Shown here: piece by piece, positions 52,850 through 62,284 of the stretch
How the letters are laid out: each line of letters opens with the position of its first letter
Numbering within the stretch: position 1 is the stretch's first letter
Assembly (NCBI GenBank): GCA_963761335.1
Contig: CAVXGR010000015.1
Span: 64,001 to 128,000, forward strand
Direction: 5' to 3'
DNA length: 64,000 nt
Source: an uncultured delta proteobacterium
GTDB taxonomy: Bacteria; Desulfobacterota; Binatia; HRBIN30; BPIQ01
The notes under the pieces: generated by a model
Database searches by the model: none
Told to the model about the DNA's origin: nothing
What the model saw: only the letters and a program-made list of their open reading frames with translations
Position numbers and translations under genes: made by a program

Positions 52850-54180
52850 GCGCGGTCACCGTCATCGGCGGCGGCCTGGCGGGATGCGAGGCCGCCTGGC
52901 AGCTGTCGCGGCGGGGCGTGGCGGTGCGCCTCTACGAAATGCGGCCGCAGTGTCCGACGGCGGCGCACCGCAGCGACAAGCTCGCCGAGCTGGTGTGCTC
53001 GAATTCCTTCCGCAGTGATTCGCTGGAGGCGGCGGTCGGCGTGCTCAAGGTCGAGATGCGTCGTCTCGGCTCGCTGATCATGCAGGTGTCGGAGAGCTGT
53101 CGGGTGCCGGCGGGCTCGGCGCTGGCGGTGGATCGCGACCTGTTCGCCGCCGGGGTCACCGAGGCGATCGCCGCTGCCCCCGGGGTGCAGGTCGTCCGCG
53201 AGGAGCTGCCGCGGATTCCCGACGGGCCCTGCATCATCGCCACCGGCCCGCTCACCTCGCCGGCCCTGTCGGCGCATCTGCAGCAGTTGCTGGGGGAGGA
53301 GTATCTCTACTTCTACGACGCCATCGCCCCCATCGTCACCGCGGAGTCGATCGATCCCGAGATCACCTTCCGCGCCTCCCGCTACGACAAGGGCGGCGAC
53401 GACTACATCAACTGCCCGATGAGTCGCGATCAGTACTACGCCTTCGTCGATGCCCTGCTGGCGGCGGAGAAGGTGCCGACGCGCGAGTTCGAGCGCTGTG
53501 TGTACTTCGAGGGCTGCATGCCGATCGAGGAGATGGCGCGCCGCGGCCGCGATTCGCTCGCCTTCGGGCCGATGCGTCCGGTGGGCCTGGTCGACTCGCG
53601 CCGGCCGGAGCGCCCGTTTGCGGTGGTGCAGCTGCGCCAGGACGACTGCAACGCCACCCTCTACAACATGGTCGGCTTCCAGACGAAGATGAAGTACCCC
53701 GAGCAGCGGCGCGTCTTCCGCATGATTCCCGGCCTGGAGAAGGCCGAGTTCGTCCGCCTCGGCAGCCTGCACCGCAACACCTTCATCAACTCGCCCCAGG
53801 CGCTGCTGCCGACGCTGCAGCTGATCGGACGTCCCGATACCTTTCTCGCCGGGCAGCTGATCGGCGTCGAGGGATATGTCGAGTCGGCCGCCGCCGGCAT
53901 GCTGGCGGGCATCAACGCCGCCCGCCGCCTGCGTGGCCAGCCTTTGCTGGTGCCGCCGGCGACCACGGCCACGGGCTCCTTGCTCGCCTACGTCACCGAC
54001 CGCGGCCGGCGGGATTTCCAGCCGATGAACGCCAACTACGGGCTCTTCCCGCCCATCGCCGGCCGCGAACGCGGCCGCGAGAAGCGCCGCCGGCTCGCCG
54101 AGCGCGCCGTCGGCGATTTCGACGCCTGGGCGGCGGACCATTCTCTGGCGCCGCTGGCGTCGGCCTCGGCCGCGGGTTGA
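52846..54180 (+). CDS. trmFO: tRNA (uracil-54)-methyltransferase TrmFO
   Basis: [26 protein letters not shown] and FQPMNANYG motifs. Confidence 0.96.
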   Translation: MSAVTVIGGGLAGCEAAWQLSRRGVAVRLYEMRPQCPTAAHRSDKLAELVCSNSFRSDSLEAAVGVLKVEMRRLGSLIMQVSESCRVPAGSALAVDRDLFAAGVTEAIAAAPGVQVVREELPRIPDGPCIIATGPLTSPALSAHLQQLLGEEYLYFYDAIAPIVTAESIDPEITFRASRYDKGGDDYINCPMSRDQYYAFVDALLAAEKVPTREFERCVYFEGCMPIEEMARRGRDSLAFGPMRPVGLVDSRRPERPFAVVQLRQDDCNATLYNMVGFQTKMKYPEQRRVFRMIPGLEKAEFVRLGSLHRNTFINSPQALLPTLQLIGRPDTFLAGQLIGVEGYVESAAAGMLAGINAARRLRGQPLLVPPATTATGSLLAYVTDRGRRDFQPMNANYGLFPPIAGRERGREKRRRLAERAVGDFDAWAADHSLAPLASASAAG

Positions 54181-54238
54181 CGCCGGCGTCGCTTTGCGCC
54201 ACACGGGGCGCTCTGGGCAGAAGGGAGCGCGGCGAACC

Positions 54239-55156
54239 GTGGAGAAGAGCGAGCAGATCTGGCTGGACGGCCGCTTCGTGCCGTGGGCCGAGGCGCAGGT
54301 GCACGTCCTCACCCACACGCTGCACTACGGCCTCGGCGTCTTCGAGGGCATCCGCTGCTACGAGGGGCACGACGGCAAGCCGGGAATTTTTCGTCTCGCC
54401 GAGCACGTGGAGCGCTTCTTCGCCTCGGCGCACATCCTCGGCATGAAGCTCCCCTGCGGGCGCGAGGAGCTGCTGCAGGCCTGCATCGACACGGTGCGCG
54501 TCAACCGCCTCAAGTCGTGCTACATCCGCCCGCTGGGCTTCATGTCCGACGGCGAGATGGGTCTGGCCGCCGACAACCCGGTGCGCGTCGCGGTGGCCGC
54601 GTGGCCCTGGGGCGCCTATCTCGGCGACGACGGCGTGGCCCGCGGGATCCGCCTCAAGACCTCGTCTTTTCAGCGCTTTCACCCAAACACCTTTATGACC
54701 AAGGCAAAGGTGGTGGGCCATTACGTGAACTCGATCCTGGCGAGCCGGGAGGTGCGGGCCGAAGGCTACGACGAGGCCCTGCTGCTCGATACCGAAGGGT
54801 ATGTCGCCGAAGGTAGCGGCGAGAACATCTTCGTGGTCCGCGGCGGTGCCGTGAAGACCCCGGCGCTCACCTCGGCGCTGCCGGGCATCACCCGCGACAC
54901 CGCCATCGTCCTCTTGGCGGAGATCGGCCTGCCGCTGCGGGAGGCGCCGGTCACCCGCGACGAGATGTACATCGCCGACGAGGTGTTCATGACCGGCACC
55001 GCCGCCGAGATCACCCCCATCCGCGAGTACGACGACCGCCTGATCGGCCCGGGCCGTCCCGGGCCGGTGACCCAACGCCTCCAGACCCTCTACCGCGAGG
55101 CCACCAGCCGCCGCTGGGGGGCGGAGCGCGGTTGGGTCACCCCCGTGCCCGAGTAG
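54239..55156 (+). CDS. ilvE: Branched-chain amino acid aminotransferase
   Basis: HYGLGVFEG, YIRP, AK..GHY.NS, EGSGEN, LPGITR and GTAAE motifs. Confidence 0.95.
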   Translation: MEKSEQIWLDGRFVPWAEAQVHVLTHTLHYGLGVFEGIRCYEGHDGKPGIFRLAEHVERFFASAHILGMKLPCGREELLQACIDTVRVNRLKSCYIRPLGFMSDGEMGLAADNPVRVAVAAWPWGAYLGDDGVARGIRLKTSSFQRFHPNTFMTKAKVVGHYVNSILASREVRAEGYDEALLLDTEGYVAEGSGENIFVVRGGAVKTPALTSALPGITRDTAIVLLAEIGLPLREAPVTRDEMYIADEVFMTGTAAEITPIREYDDRLIGPGRPGPVTQRLQTLYREATSRRWGAERGWVTPVPE

Positions 55157-55191
55157 CGAGACATTCAATTTTCTCCTGTGTTGCCTTTTAC

Positions 55192-55220
55192 TTGACAGCC
55201 GCCGGTCGCCAAACTATAAG
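55192..55220 (+). promoter_or_regulatory. Near-consensus sigma70 promoter of pair 1
   Basis: TTGACA-N17-TATAAG with an AT-rich upstream segment. Confidence 0.8.
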
Positions 55221-55318
55221 GCGTCCCTCGGTGTTTCGGCCGGGCCGGCGAGGGTTTTCAGAGGAGACACCTGGGAGTGCGGGGAGTTAGCGGTTCCCCG
55301 GCGGAAGGAGACTCGGGA

Positions 55319-56545
55319 ATGGGATGGACGCGCGGACACTTCATGCGCCTTGGGCTTGTGGGGCTCGCCGCCAGCTGGCTCCTCGCGGCATCGGCTGGTG
55401 CTGTGGTCACCACCGAGCGCACGGCCTCGATCCTGATCTTCCCCAAGATCCTCTCCAACGGTACCTACGACACCATCGTGCAGATGACCAATCGGTCGAA
55501 TAACGTCGTCTACGCGCACTGCTTCTACGTCGATGCCTCACTGACCGACCCCTCGCAGCCCGAAAGCCCGCTCAACACCCGGCAGTGGCAGGAAGTCGAT
55601 TTCGACATCGTGCTGACCAAGCAGCAGCCGACCCACTGGGTGGTTTCTTTGGGCCGCGCCACCAATCCCTTCGATTCATCGTGCACCCGCCAGGGCGTCT
55701 GCATCGGCGGCACTGCTCCGGCGGACACCGCCTGCGGAACCGGGCTGCCGGCCTGCCCCGGTGCCGGCGGCCGCTGCTCGAACACCGACTGCAGCGATGC
55801 CGGCTTCGATCCGGGCCGCATCCCGCCGGTCTCTCCTGGGTTCGAGGGTGAGCTCAAGTGCATCGAGGTCGATCAGTCGGGAGCGCCCCTCAACGGCAAC
55901 AACCTGAAGGGCGAGGCGACGCTGCTATCGGTGGCCGAGGTTCCGGGTAAGTCGAAGATCGGAGATGCGAGCAAGTACAACGCCATCGGCGTGGTCGGGC
56001 TGAACGACAATGACGGCGACACGGTGCTCTGCCTGGGGGGCGGGGCCAGCAGCAGCTGTCCCTTCGGCGCCGAGTACGACGGATGCCCAAACGAGGTACG
56101 CTTCAACCACTTCGCCGAGGGGGCAACCGATCCGGTGGTCGAGGCCTTCGGCAACGGCGACCCGAACAATGCGCCGTCGAGCGTCTACACCGAGCTCACC
56201 ATCGTTCCCTGCACCGAGGACTTCGAGCAGCAGCGCCCGACCACGGTGCGCATCAACATCAACAGCTACAACGAGTTCGAGAGCGTCTTCTCCTCCAGTA
56301 CCCAGGTCGATTGTTGGGGCAACTTCACGCTCGAGTCGATCCGCCCGGTGTTTGACGTCGGCCCCATCGGCACTCGTTTCGTGCAGACGATCCTGCGACC
56401 GGCCCCCGGAGACTCGGGCTTCGTCGGCGTGATGGAGGAGTTCCACACCCAGGAAGGCGCCGGAACCGCGCGCGACGCGATGAACTTGCACGTCATCGGC
56501 GAGCGCACCGTCTCCGACCTGATCTCCATTCCGGAGGGGCCGTGA
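55319..56545 (+). CDS. Secreted Cys-rich protein, unknown family, type A copy 1
   Basis: Signal peptide ...AASAGA/VVTTER; motifs SILIFPK, HCFYV, AGFDPG.IPPV, GELKC, KGEATL, KYNAIG, NEFE and EEFHT. Confidence 0.9.
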   Translation: MGWTRGHFMRLGLVGLAASWLLAASAGAVVTTERTASILIFPKILSNGTYDTIVQMTNRSNNVVYAHCFYVDASLTDPSQPESPLNTRQWQEVDFDIVLTKQQPTHWVVSLGRATNPFDSSCTRQGVCIGGTAPADTACGTGLPACPGAGGRCSNTDCSDAGFDPGRIPPVSPGFEGELKCIEVDQSGAPLNGNNLKGEATLLSVAEVPGKSKIGDASKYNAIGVVGLNDNDGDTVLCLGGGASSSCPFGAEYDGCPNEVRFNHFAEGATDPVVEAFGNGDPNNAPSSVYTELTIVPCTEDFEQQRPTTVRININSYNEFESVFSSSTQVDCWGNFTLESIRPVFDVGPIGTRFVQTILRPAPGDSGFVGVMEEFHTQEGAGTARDAMNLHVIGERTVSDLISIPEGP

Positions 56546-56580
56546 GCACGCTGGGTCTGGGGAAGGGAAAGGAGAAGTCC

Positions 56581-57810
56581 ATGCGGGGCTGGCACGGCAT
56601 CTGGTCGACCCTTTCGCTGTCGCTGGCGGCACTGGCGGTTCTCGCGGGCGCGGCGGTGGTCCGAGCCGACGTGCAGTCGGATCAGCCGGCGGCGATTCTG
56701 GTCTTTCCGAAGCTGCTCGTCGACGTCAGCAGCGACGGCGTCACCCCGGCGCGCGTCGACACGCTGGTGCGCATCACCAACGCCTCGAACACTCCGGTGA
56801 CTCTGCAGTGCTTCTACGTGAACGCCACGCCGAGCTGCACCACCGGCCCAGGCAATTGCATCACCAGCCAGCGCTTCGGACCGATCACCTGCAGCGGCGG
56901 CATCACCGCCTGCAAGCCGCAGTGGCAGGAGACTGATTTCCACGTCGTTCTCACCGAGAACCAGCCGGTTGCCTGGCTGGTCTCCAACGGCGCCGTGGAC
57001 TGCCAGTCGACGCCCAACGGCAAAAACATCGATCCCGACGACAACGATCCGTGCTTCCCGCTCGACGGCATCTTCCGCACCGGGCCGCACGGCAACAACA
57101 ACGGCAACAGCCGCATTCCGCCGGTGAGCGAGCTACCCTTCATCGGCGAGCTCAAGTGCATCACCGTCGACGACGTCTCCAATGATCAGCCGGTGGCGCG
57201 CAACGACGTGTTCGGCTCGGTGCAGATCATCGAGTCGACGCCCGAGGGGAAGATCGACATCTCGGGATACAACGCCATCGGCATTCAGGCACTGCCCGAC
57301 AACGACGGCAACAAGACACTCGTCCTCGGGCGTCCGGGCACCCCGGGCGTCGAGTACAACGGCTGCCCGAACATTCTCATCCTCGACCACTTCTTCGATC
57401 TGGCGACCGATCCGGTGACCCTCGAGCCGGTCACCACCGACCTCACCCTGGTGCCCTGCTCGGAGGACTTTCTGCGGCAGACACAGGAGACGATCACGGC
57501 GCAGTTCATCGTGTTCAACGAGTTCGAGCAGCGCCTGTCGACGAGTATCCCGGTGACCTGCTTTCGCGAGGTGCAGCTGTCGAACATCGACACGCTGGTG
57601 AACAACCGCTCGATCTTCAGCGCGCCGGTCATGGGGACGCTGACGGGACAGACGCGCATCCGCGGTGTCGCCGACGACCGCACGGATATCGGTCGCGCCC
57701 TGCTGGGAGTGGCCGAAGAGTATCGACCCAGTGGCACGGCGGCATTCAACATTCACGAGCAGGGCGTGCGTGAGCAGAACGATTTTATATACCTGCCGGG
57801 CCTGCAATAG
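56581..57810 (+). CDS. Secreted Cys-rich protein, unknown family, type B copy 1
   Basis: Signal peptide ...VVRA/DVQSD; motifs AAILVFPK, CFYVNA, PLDG, GELKC, HFFD, NEFEQR and GTLTGQTRIRG; SD AAAGGAG. Confidence 0.9.
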   Translation: MRGWHGIWSTLSLSLAALAVLAGAAVVRADVQSDQPAAILVFPKLLVDVSSDGVTPARVDTLVRITNASNTPVTLQCFYVNATPSCTTGPGNCITSQRFGPITCSGGITACKPQWQETDFHVVLTENQPVAWLVSNGAVDCQSTPNGKNIDPDDNDPCFPLDGIFRTGPHGNNNGNSRIPPVSELPFIGELKCITVDDVSNDQPVARNDVFGSVQIIESTPEGKIDISGYNAIGIQALPDNDGNKTLVLGRPGTPGVEYNGCPNILILDHFFDLATDPVTLEPVTTDLTLVPCSEDFLRQTQETITAQFIVFNEFEQRLSTSIPVTCFREVQLSNIDTLVNNRSIFSAPVMGTLTGQTRIRGVADDRTDIGRALLGVAEEYRPSGTAAFNIHEQGVREQNDFIYLPGLQ

Positions 57811-57827
57811 GCGAAACGCATTTCATC

Positions 57828-57857
57828 TTGACAGGTATGCGAATTAGCGGTTATAAG
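57828..57857 (+). promoter_or_regulatory. Near-consensus sigma70 promoter of pair 2
   Basis: TTGACA-N18-TATAAG; same CTTGACAG...TATAAGGC frame as the pair 1 promoter. Confidence 0.75.
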
Positions 57858-57937
57858 GCCGCGACTTACGGTCACGGGAATCGTCCGCACCGCAAGCTCG
57901 TAGTCTGTTGGGACGGTGATCGAAAGGAGGAGGGCAA

Positions 57938-59122
57938 ATGCTGAGGCAGCATGGGCGAGTTGGGCTACTGGTGATTGTCGTGGCGAGCCTGGCGCTAGCC
58001 GGGGTGGCGACGGCCGACGTGAGCACGGAGCGGAGCGGTTCGATTCTGGTCTTTCCGAAGATCATTGCCAACGCCTCGCGCGACACCATCATCCAGATCA
58101 CGAACACGTCGAACTCGCTGGTGCGGGCCCACTGTTTCTACGTGAACGCCGCGCCATCCGACGTGCCGCCATTCGATCCGCTGTGGATCGAGGTGGACTT
58201 CAACATCACGCTCACCCGGCAGCAGCCGACCCACTGGGTGGTGAGCACCGGGCGGCGGGTGAACCCGTTCGACGCGGTGTGCGACTCGTCGGGGGTGACG
58301 AACTGCAACGACGCCGGCTTCGACCCGGGGCTGATCCCGCCGGTGGTGCCGGACTTCATCGGTGAGCTGAAGTGCGTCGAGGTGGACGACAGCGGCGCGC
58401 CGCTGTCGGGCAACCACCTGAAGGGTGAGGCGACGCTGGTGACCCGGGCCAACGGGGACGTGTCGAAGTACAACGCCATCGCCGTGCTCGGCAACGAGAA
58501 CAACGGCGACGGACTGCTGGTGCTCGGCGGCGGCCAGTGCGTGGGCGACGGTGGGGCGCAGGGAGCGGTGTGCAGCTCGGACGACGACTGCGGCGACGCG
58601 GCCCCGTGCGCACCGGAGTACAACGGCTGCCCGCAGACGTGGATATTGAACCACCTGGCGTCGGGAGCGCCGGATCCGGCGATCGAGAATCTGGGCGGCG
58701 GACCGTCGAGCGTGGAGACGGAGCTGACGGTGGTGCCGTGCACGCAGAACTACGAGACCCAGGAGCCCACCGAGGTGCGGCTGCAGATGCTGACCTACAA
58801 CGAGTTCGAGAACGTGTTCTCGTTCTCCTTTGCGGTGAAGTGCTGGGCGAACGTGGACCTGGGGAGCCTGGGATCGACGCCGCTGACCTTCCTGGGGCAG
58901 CTGGCGGGGCAGTCGCCGTCGAGCTTTCCGCTGGGGACGATGTTCCTGCAGACGCGCTTCCGCTCGGTGCCGAACACGCCGTACGGCGTGATGATGGTGG
59001 CCGAGGAGTTCCACACCGATGAGGCTGGACAGACGGCGTCGGCGGCGGTGAACCTGCACATCGAAGGGGAGCGCACGACTCCCGACGTCATCACCATCCC
59101 GGGTGAGCAGATCGCGCCGTGA
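57938..59122 (+). CDS. Secreted Cys-rich protein, type A copy 2
   Basis: Signal peptide ...VATA/DVSTER; all type A motifs; ends DVITIPGEQIAP. Confidence 0.9.
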   Translation: MLRQHGRVGLLVIVVASLALAGVATADVSTERSGSILVFPKIIANASRDTIIQITNTSNSLVRAHCFYVNAAPSDVPPFDPLWIEVDFNITLTRQQPTHWVVSTGRRVNPFDAVCDSSGVTNCNDAGFDPGLIPPVVPDFIGELKCVEVDDSGAPLSGNHLKGEATLVTRANGDVSKYNAIAVLGNENNGDGLLVLGGGQCVGDGGAQGAVCSSDDDCGDAAPCAPEYNGCPQTWILNHLASGAPDPAIENLGGGPSSVETELTVVPCTQNYETQEPTEVRLQMLTYNEFENVFSFSFAVKCWANVDLGSLGSTPLTFLGQLAGQSPSSFPLGTMFLQTRFRSVPNTPYGVMMVAEEFHTDEAGQTASAAVNLHIEGERTTPDVITIPGEQIAP

Positions 59123-59163
59123 AGCGGACAAGACCTGGCTGGCGGACGAAAGGAGATAGGAAG

Positions 59164-60339
59164 ATGAGAACCCGGAAGTGGGCGGTGATGACTGCGATGC
59201 TGGGTACGGCCTTGGTGCTGCACTCGGTGACCCCCGCAACGGCGGATATCGCCTCCGACCGCGCTGCCGCGATCTTGGTGTTTCCCAAGATCGTGACCGA
59301 CACCTCGGAAGGCACGGACACGTTGATTCAGATCACCAACACCTCCAACGATCCCGCCCTTCTGCACTGCTTCTACATCAATGCGAACAATCACTGCACG
59401 ATCTCCGGCACCGTGTGCGATCTCGACGCCGGCATCGGCCGGCGATGCCCGTTGGCGGGCGATGTCTGCCTGCCGAGCTGGGTGGAGACGGACTTCCGCG
59501 TCCTGTTGACCATGCAGCAGCCCATTGCCTGGACCGCCTCCGAGGGCCTCGCCAACGGCGACGTCCCGATCGACGGCTTCTTCCGCGTCTCACCCTCCGG
59601 ACAGACCAACGTGGGCACGCGCGTGCCGCCGGTTCCGGCGGAAGCGTTGAGCACCGAGACAGACCCGGACCTCTCCTTCACTGGCGAGCTCAAGTGCATC
59701 GTCGTCGACGGCCAGGAACGAGCCATCCCCAGCAACGTCGTCAAGGGAGAGGCGACGATCGTGACCCGTCAGGGTGAGATCCTCCTGGACGCCGAGAAGT
59801 ACAACGCCGTCGGCATCCAGGCCATCGAGGGCGATTCCAACGGCGACAACATCCTTGAGCTCGGCGGCGACAGCAACGAGTACAACGGCTGCGCCAGCGT
59901 GCTGATCGTCGACCATTTCTTCGACTACGCCATCAACCCGGTGACCAGCACGCCGGTGTTCTCCGACCTGACGCTGGTGCCCTGCAATGAGGATCTCCTC
60001 AATCAGGTACCCGGCGGGGGCACGGCGCAGTACCTCGTCTACAACGAGTTCGAGCAGCGCTTTTCCACCAGTACTCCCATCCAGTGTTTCTACGAGACGC
60101 AAATGTCTCGAATCGACACGCGCAACACCACGCGGTCGATCTTCAGCGCCTTCGTCGCCGGGACGCTGACCGGACAGACGCGCATCCGCGGCGTCAATAC
60201 CGGCTTCATCGGCTTGCTGCGCGAGCGCACCGGCGCCGATTTCCGCGATGAGATCCCGCGCTATATGGGCCGCAGCGCCGCGGTGAATGTCGACATGCAG
60301 GGCGAGCGGCCCGTTTCGGATCAGATCGTCCTGCCCTAG
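59164..60339 (+). CDS. Secreted Cys-rich protein, type B copy 2
   Basis: Signal peptide ...PATA/DIASD; all type B motifs. Confidence 0.9.
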   Translation: MRTRKWAVMTAMLGTALVLHSVTPATADIASDRAAAILVFPKIVTDTSEGTDTLIQITNTSNDPALLHCFYINANNHCTISGTVCDLDAGIGRRCPLAGDVCLPSWVETDFRVLLTMQQPIAWTASEGLANGDVPIDGFFRVSPSGQTNVGTRVPPVPAEALSTETDPDLSFTGELKCIVVDGQERAIPSNVVKGEATIVTRQGEILLDAEKYNAVGIQAIEGDSNGDNILELGGDSNEYNGCASVLIVDHFFDYAINPVTSTPVFSDLTLVPCNEDLLNQVPGGGTAQYLVYNEFEQRFSTSTPIQCFYETQMSRIDTRNTTRSIFSAFVAGTLTGQTRIRGVNTGFIGLLRERTGADFRDEIPRYMGRSAAVNVDMQGERPVSDQIVLP

Positions 60340-60375
60340 CGGCCCCGATCTGAGGGTCCGCAGCCTGCGGAATCG

Positions 60376-60407
60376 AGCGGGGAAGGGAAACCTTCCCCGC
60401 TTTTTTT
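60376..60407 (+). terminator. Rho-independent terminator after pair 2
   Basis: GCGGGGAAGG-GAAA-CCTTCCCCGC followed by T7. Confidence 0.9.
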
Positions 60408-60804
60408 ACCTCCCCAGGTCCAGGCGGATCACCACCGGCTTGCCGCGGCCGAGAGGCAGGCCGACCCAGGGTGCCAGCCGCGCCAGCCAGTACTTGCGGC
60501 GGAAGAGCGCCAGCAGGCGCCTGGCCTCGGCGGCATCCGTCACCGGAGCGGCCCGCCCGGAGAAGGGACGTCCCGCGATGTGGATGGTGACCTCGGGGCG
60601 GTGCAACAGATTGGCGTACCAGCCCTTCTCGGCTTTTGGGCCCGCCTGCACCACGACAGCGTCGCCCTCGGCAACGAACCAGATCTCGGCGCTGCGTTCC
60701 TTTCCGCTGCGCCGCCCGACGGTTTTCAGCTGCGCCGTTCGCGTGCCCCTCAGTGCGTGCAAGAGACCGCACCCATCTCCGTCACCAACGTCTCCGATGC
60801 TCAT
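60406..60804 (-). CDS. Deazaflavin (F420)-dependent nitroreductase-family protein (DUF385/Ddn-like)
   Basis: LKTVGRRSGKER and WYANLLHRPEVTI motifs, in the C-terminal part of shadow ORF 60406..62262. Confidence 0.8.
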   Translation of the reverse strand: MSIGDVGDGDGCGLLHALRGTRTAQLKTVGRRSGKERSAEIWFVAEGDAVVVQAGPKAEKGWYANLLHRPEVTIHIAGRPFSGRAAPVTDAAEARRLLALFRRKYWLARLAPWVGLPLGRGKPVVIRLDLGR

Positions 60805-60882
60805 TTCGAGGCCCCACTGTAGTCGCTGCGGAGATTCAGGCAAGGCCGGCGGGGGGATAAGGCAAAACCCCGCAACCGGCCG

Positions 60883-60911
60883 TTGCGGAAGGGGCGGGCA
60901 GCAGGTATAAC
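60883..60911 (+). promoter_or_regulatory. Sigma70 promoter of pair 3 with an overlapping palindrome
   Basis: TTGCGG-N17-TATAAC; inverted repeat CCGCAAC-CGGCC-GTTGCGG (60870-60888) overlaps the -35 box. Confidence 0.55.
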
Positions 60912-60987
60912 CCCCCCGCCTAATCGCCAAGGGGTCGACTGGCGGCGCGCCGGACTCCCCGGGGCGGGGAGCGAAAGGAGGGTGGAA

Positions 60988-62247
60988 ATGGGCAGGCAAC
61001 TGGTGCGCGTCGCGCTTCTGGTGGCGGTCGCTGCAGCGCTGGCAGGTCAGGTGGCGCTGGCCGAGGTCAGCACCGAGCGCAGCGCGTCGATCGTCGTCTT
61101 TCCCAAGGTGATCGCCGACGGTACGCGCGATACCATCATTCAGCTCGGCAACACCTCGAACTCCCTGGTCCGCGCGCACTGCTTCTACGTGAATGCGGCG
61201 CCCCGCGATTCGTCGCGCGACCCCGACCCGATCGTCAATCCGCCGCTGTGGCAGGAGATCGACTTCGACATCTTGCTCACCCGCCAGCAGCCGACGCACT
61301 GGGTGGTGAGCCGGGGTCGCCGGGTCAACCCACTGGACCAGGCCTGCAGCGCCGACAACCTCGACTGTGACAATGCCGGCTTCGATCCCGGCCTGATTCC
61401 GCCGGTGCTCCCTGACTTCGTGGGCGAGCTCAAATGCGTCGAGGTGGATGACGGCGGCTCGCCCCTCAGCGGCAATCACTTGAAAGGGGAGGCGACGCTG
61501 ATCGCGCAGCGGCCCACGGTGGTGGCTCCCTACGGCACTCCGGCCGTGCTCCTGCCGGGCGATCCGTCGAAGTACAACGCCATCGGCATCCAGGGTGTCG
61601 AGAACAACGGCGACGGGACGCTCGTCCTCGGCGGTGGCCAGTGCGTCGGGGCGGGCGATGCCAGCGGGGCCGTCTGTACCGGCGATGCCGACTGCGGTGA
61701 CGCCGGACCGTGTGCCCCCGAGTACGACGGCTGCCCGGACACCTGGATTCTGAACCACACCACGGAAGGGGCCCCGGATCTGGTGCTCGAGGAGGCCGGG
61801 GCCATGGGAACCAGCGCCGTCGACACCGAGCTGACCGTGGTGCCGTGCACCCAGAACTTCGAGACACAGGAGTTCAAGCCATCGAAAGTCACCCTGCAGT
61901 TCCGCACCACCAACGAGTTCGAGTCCACCTTTTCGATGTCGACCACCGTGCAGTGCTGGGGCAACTTCAGCATTGATGAGATCGGCGGCTCCTTCGGCCT
62001 GACGCTGAATGGAACCCCGATCCTGGATCCGCAGGGTACGATGTTCCTGGAGACCCGCATCCGTTCGGCGGGCGACAATGCCGGCGGCGTGCTCATGGTC
62101 GGTGAGGAGTTTCACACCGGCCGGCTGGGTACGATCGGCACCACCCCCGTGCGTCTGGCGTCGCCTGCTGCCTCCAACTTGCACGTCGAGGGGCAGGCAG
62201 CGGGGCCGGACGTGATCACCATTCCCGCTGAGCAGATCGCTCCGTGA
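60988..62247 (+). CDS. Secreted Cys-rich protein, type A copy 3
   Basis: Signal peptide ...VALA/EVSTER; type A motifs; ends DVITIPAEQIAP; SD AAAGGAGG. Confidence 0.9.
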   Translation: MGRQLVRVALLVAVAAALAGQVALAEVSTERSASIVVFPKVIADGTRDTIIQLGNTSNSLVRAHCFYVNAAPRDSSRDPDPIVNPPLWQEIDFDILLTRQQPTHWVVSRGRRVNPLDQACSADNLDCDNAGFDPGLIPPVLPDFVGELKCVEVDDGGSPLSGNHLKGEATLIAQRPTVVAPYGTPAVLLPGDPSKYNAIGIQGVENNGDGTLVLGGGQCVGAGDASGAVCTGDADCGDAGPCAPEYDGCPDTWILNHTTEGAPDLVLEEAGAMGTSAVDTELTVVPCTQNFETQEFKPSKVTLQFRTTNEFESTFSMSTTVQCWGNFSIDEIGGSFGLTLNGTPILDPQGTMFLETRIRSAGDNAGGVLMVGEEFHTGRLGTIGTTPVRLASPAASNLHVEGQAAGPDVITIPAEQIAP

Positions 62248-62284
62248 TCCTGGTGCAGCCATGAGCGCGAAAGGAGAAGGTCCG

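Noticed and set aside
49387..55156. dprA-topA-trmFO not followed by xerC/hslVU
   Set aside because: Ordinary synteny variation with no sign of a scar or mobile element.
60805..62262. N-terminal 486 aa of ORF 60406..62262
   Set aside because: Mostly antisense to gene A3; only the last 132 aa form a plausible protein.
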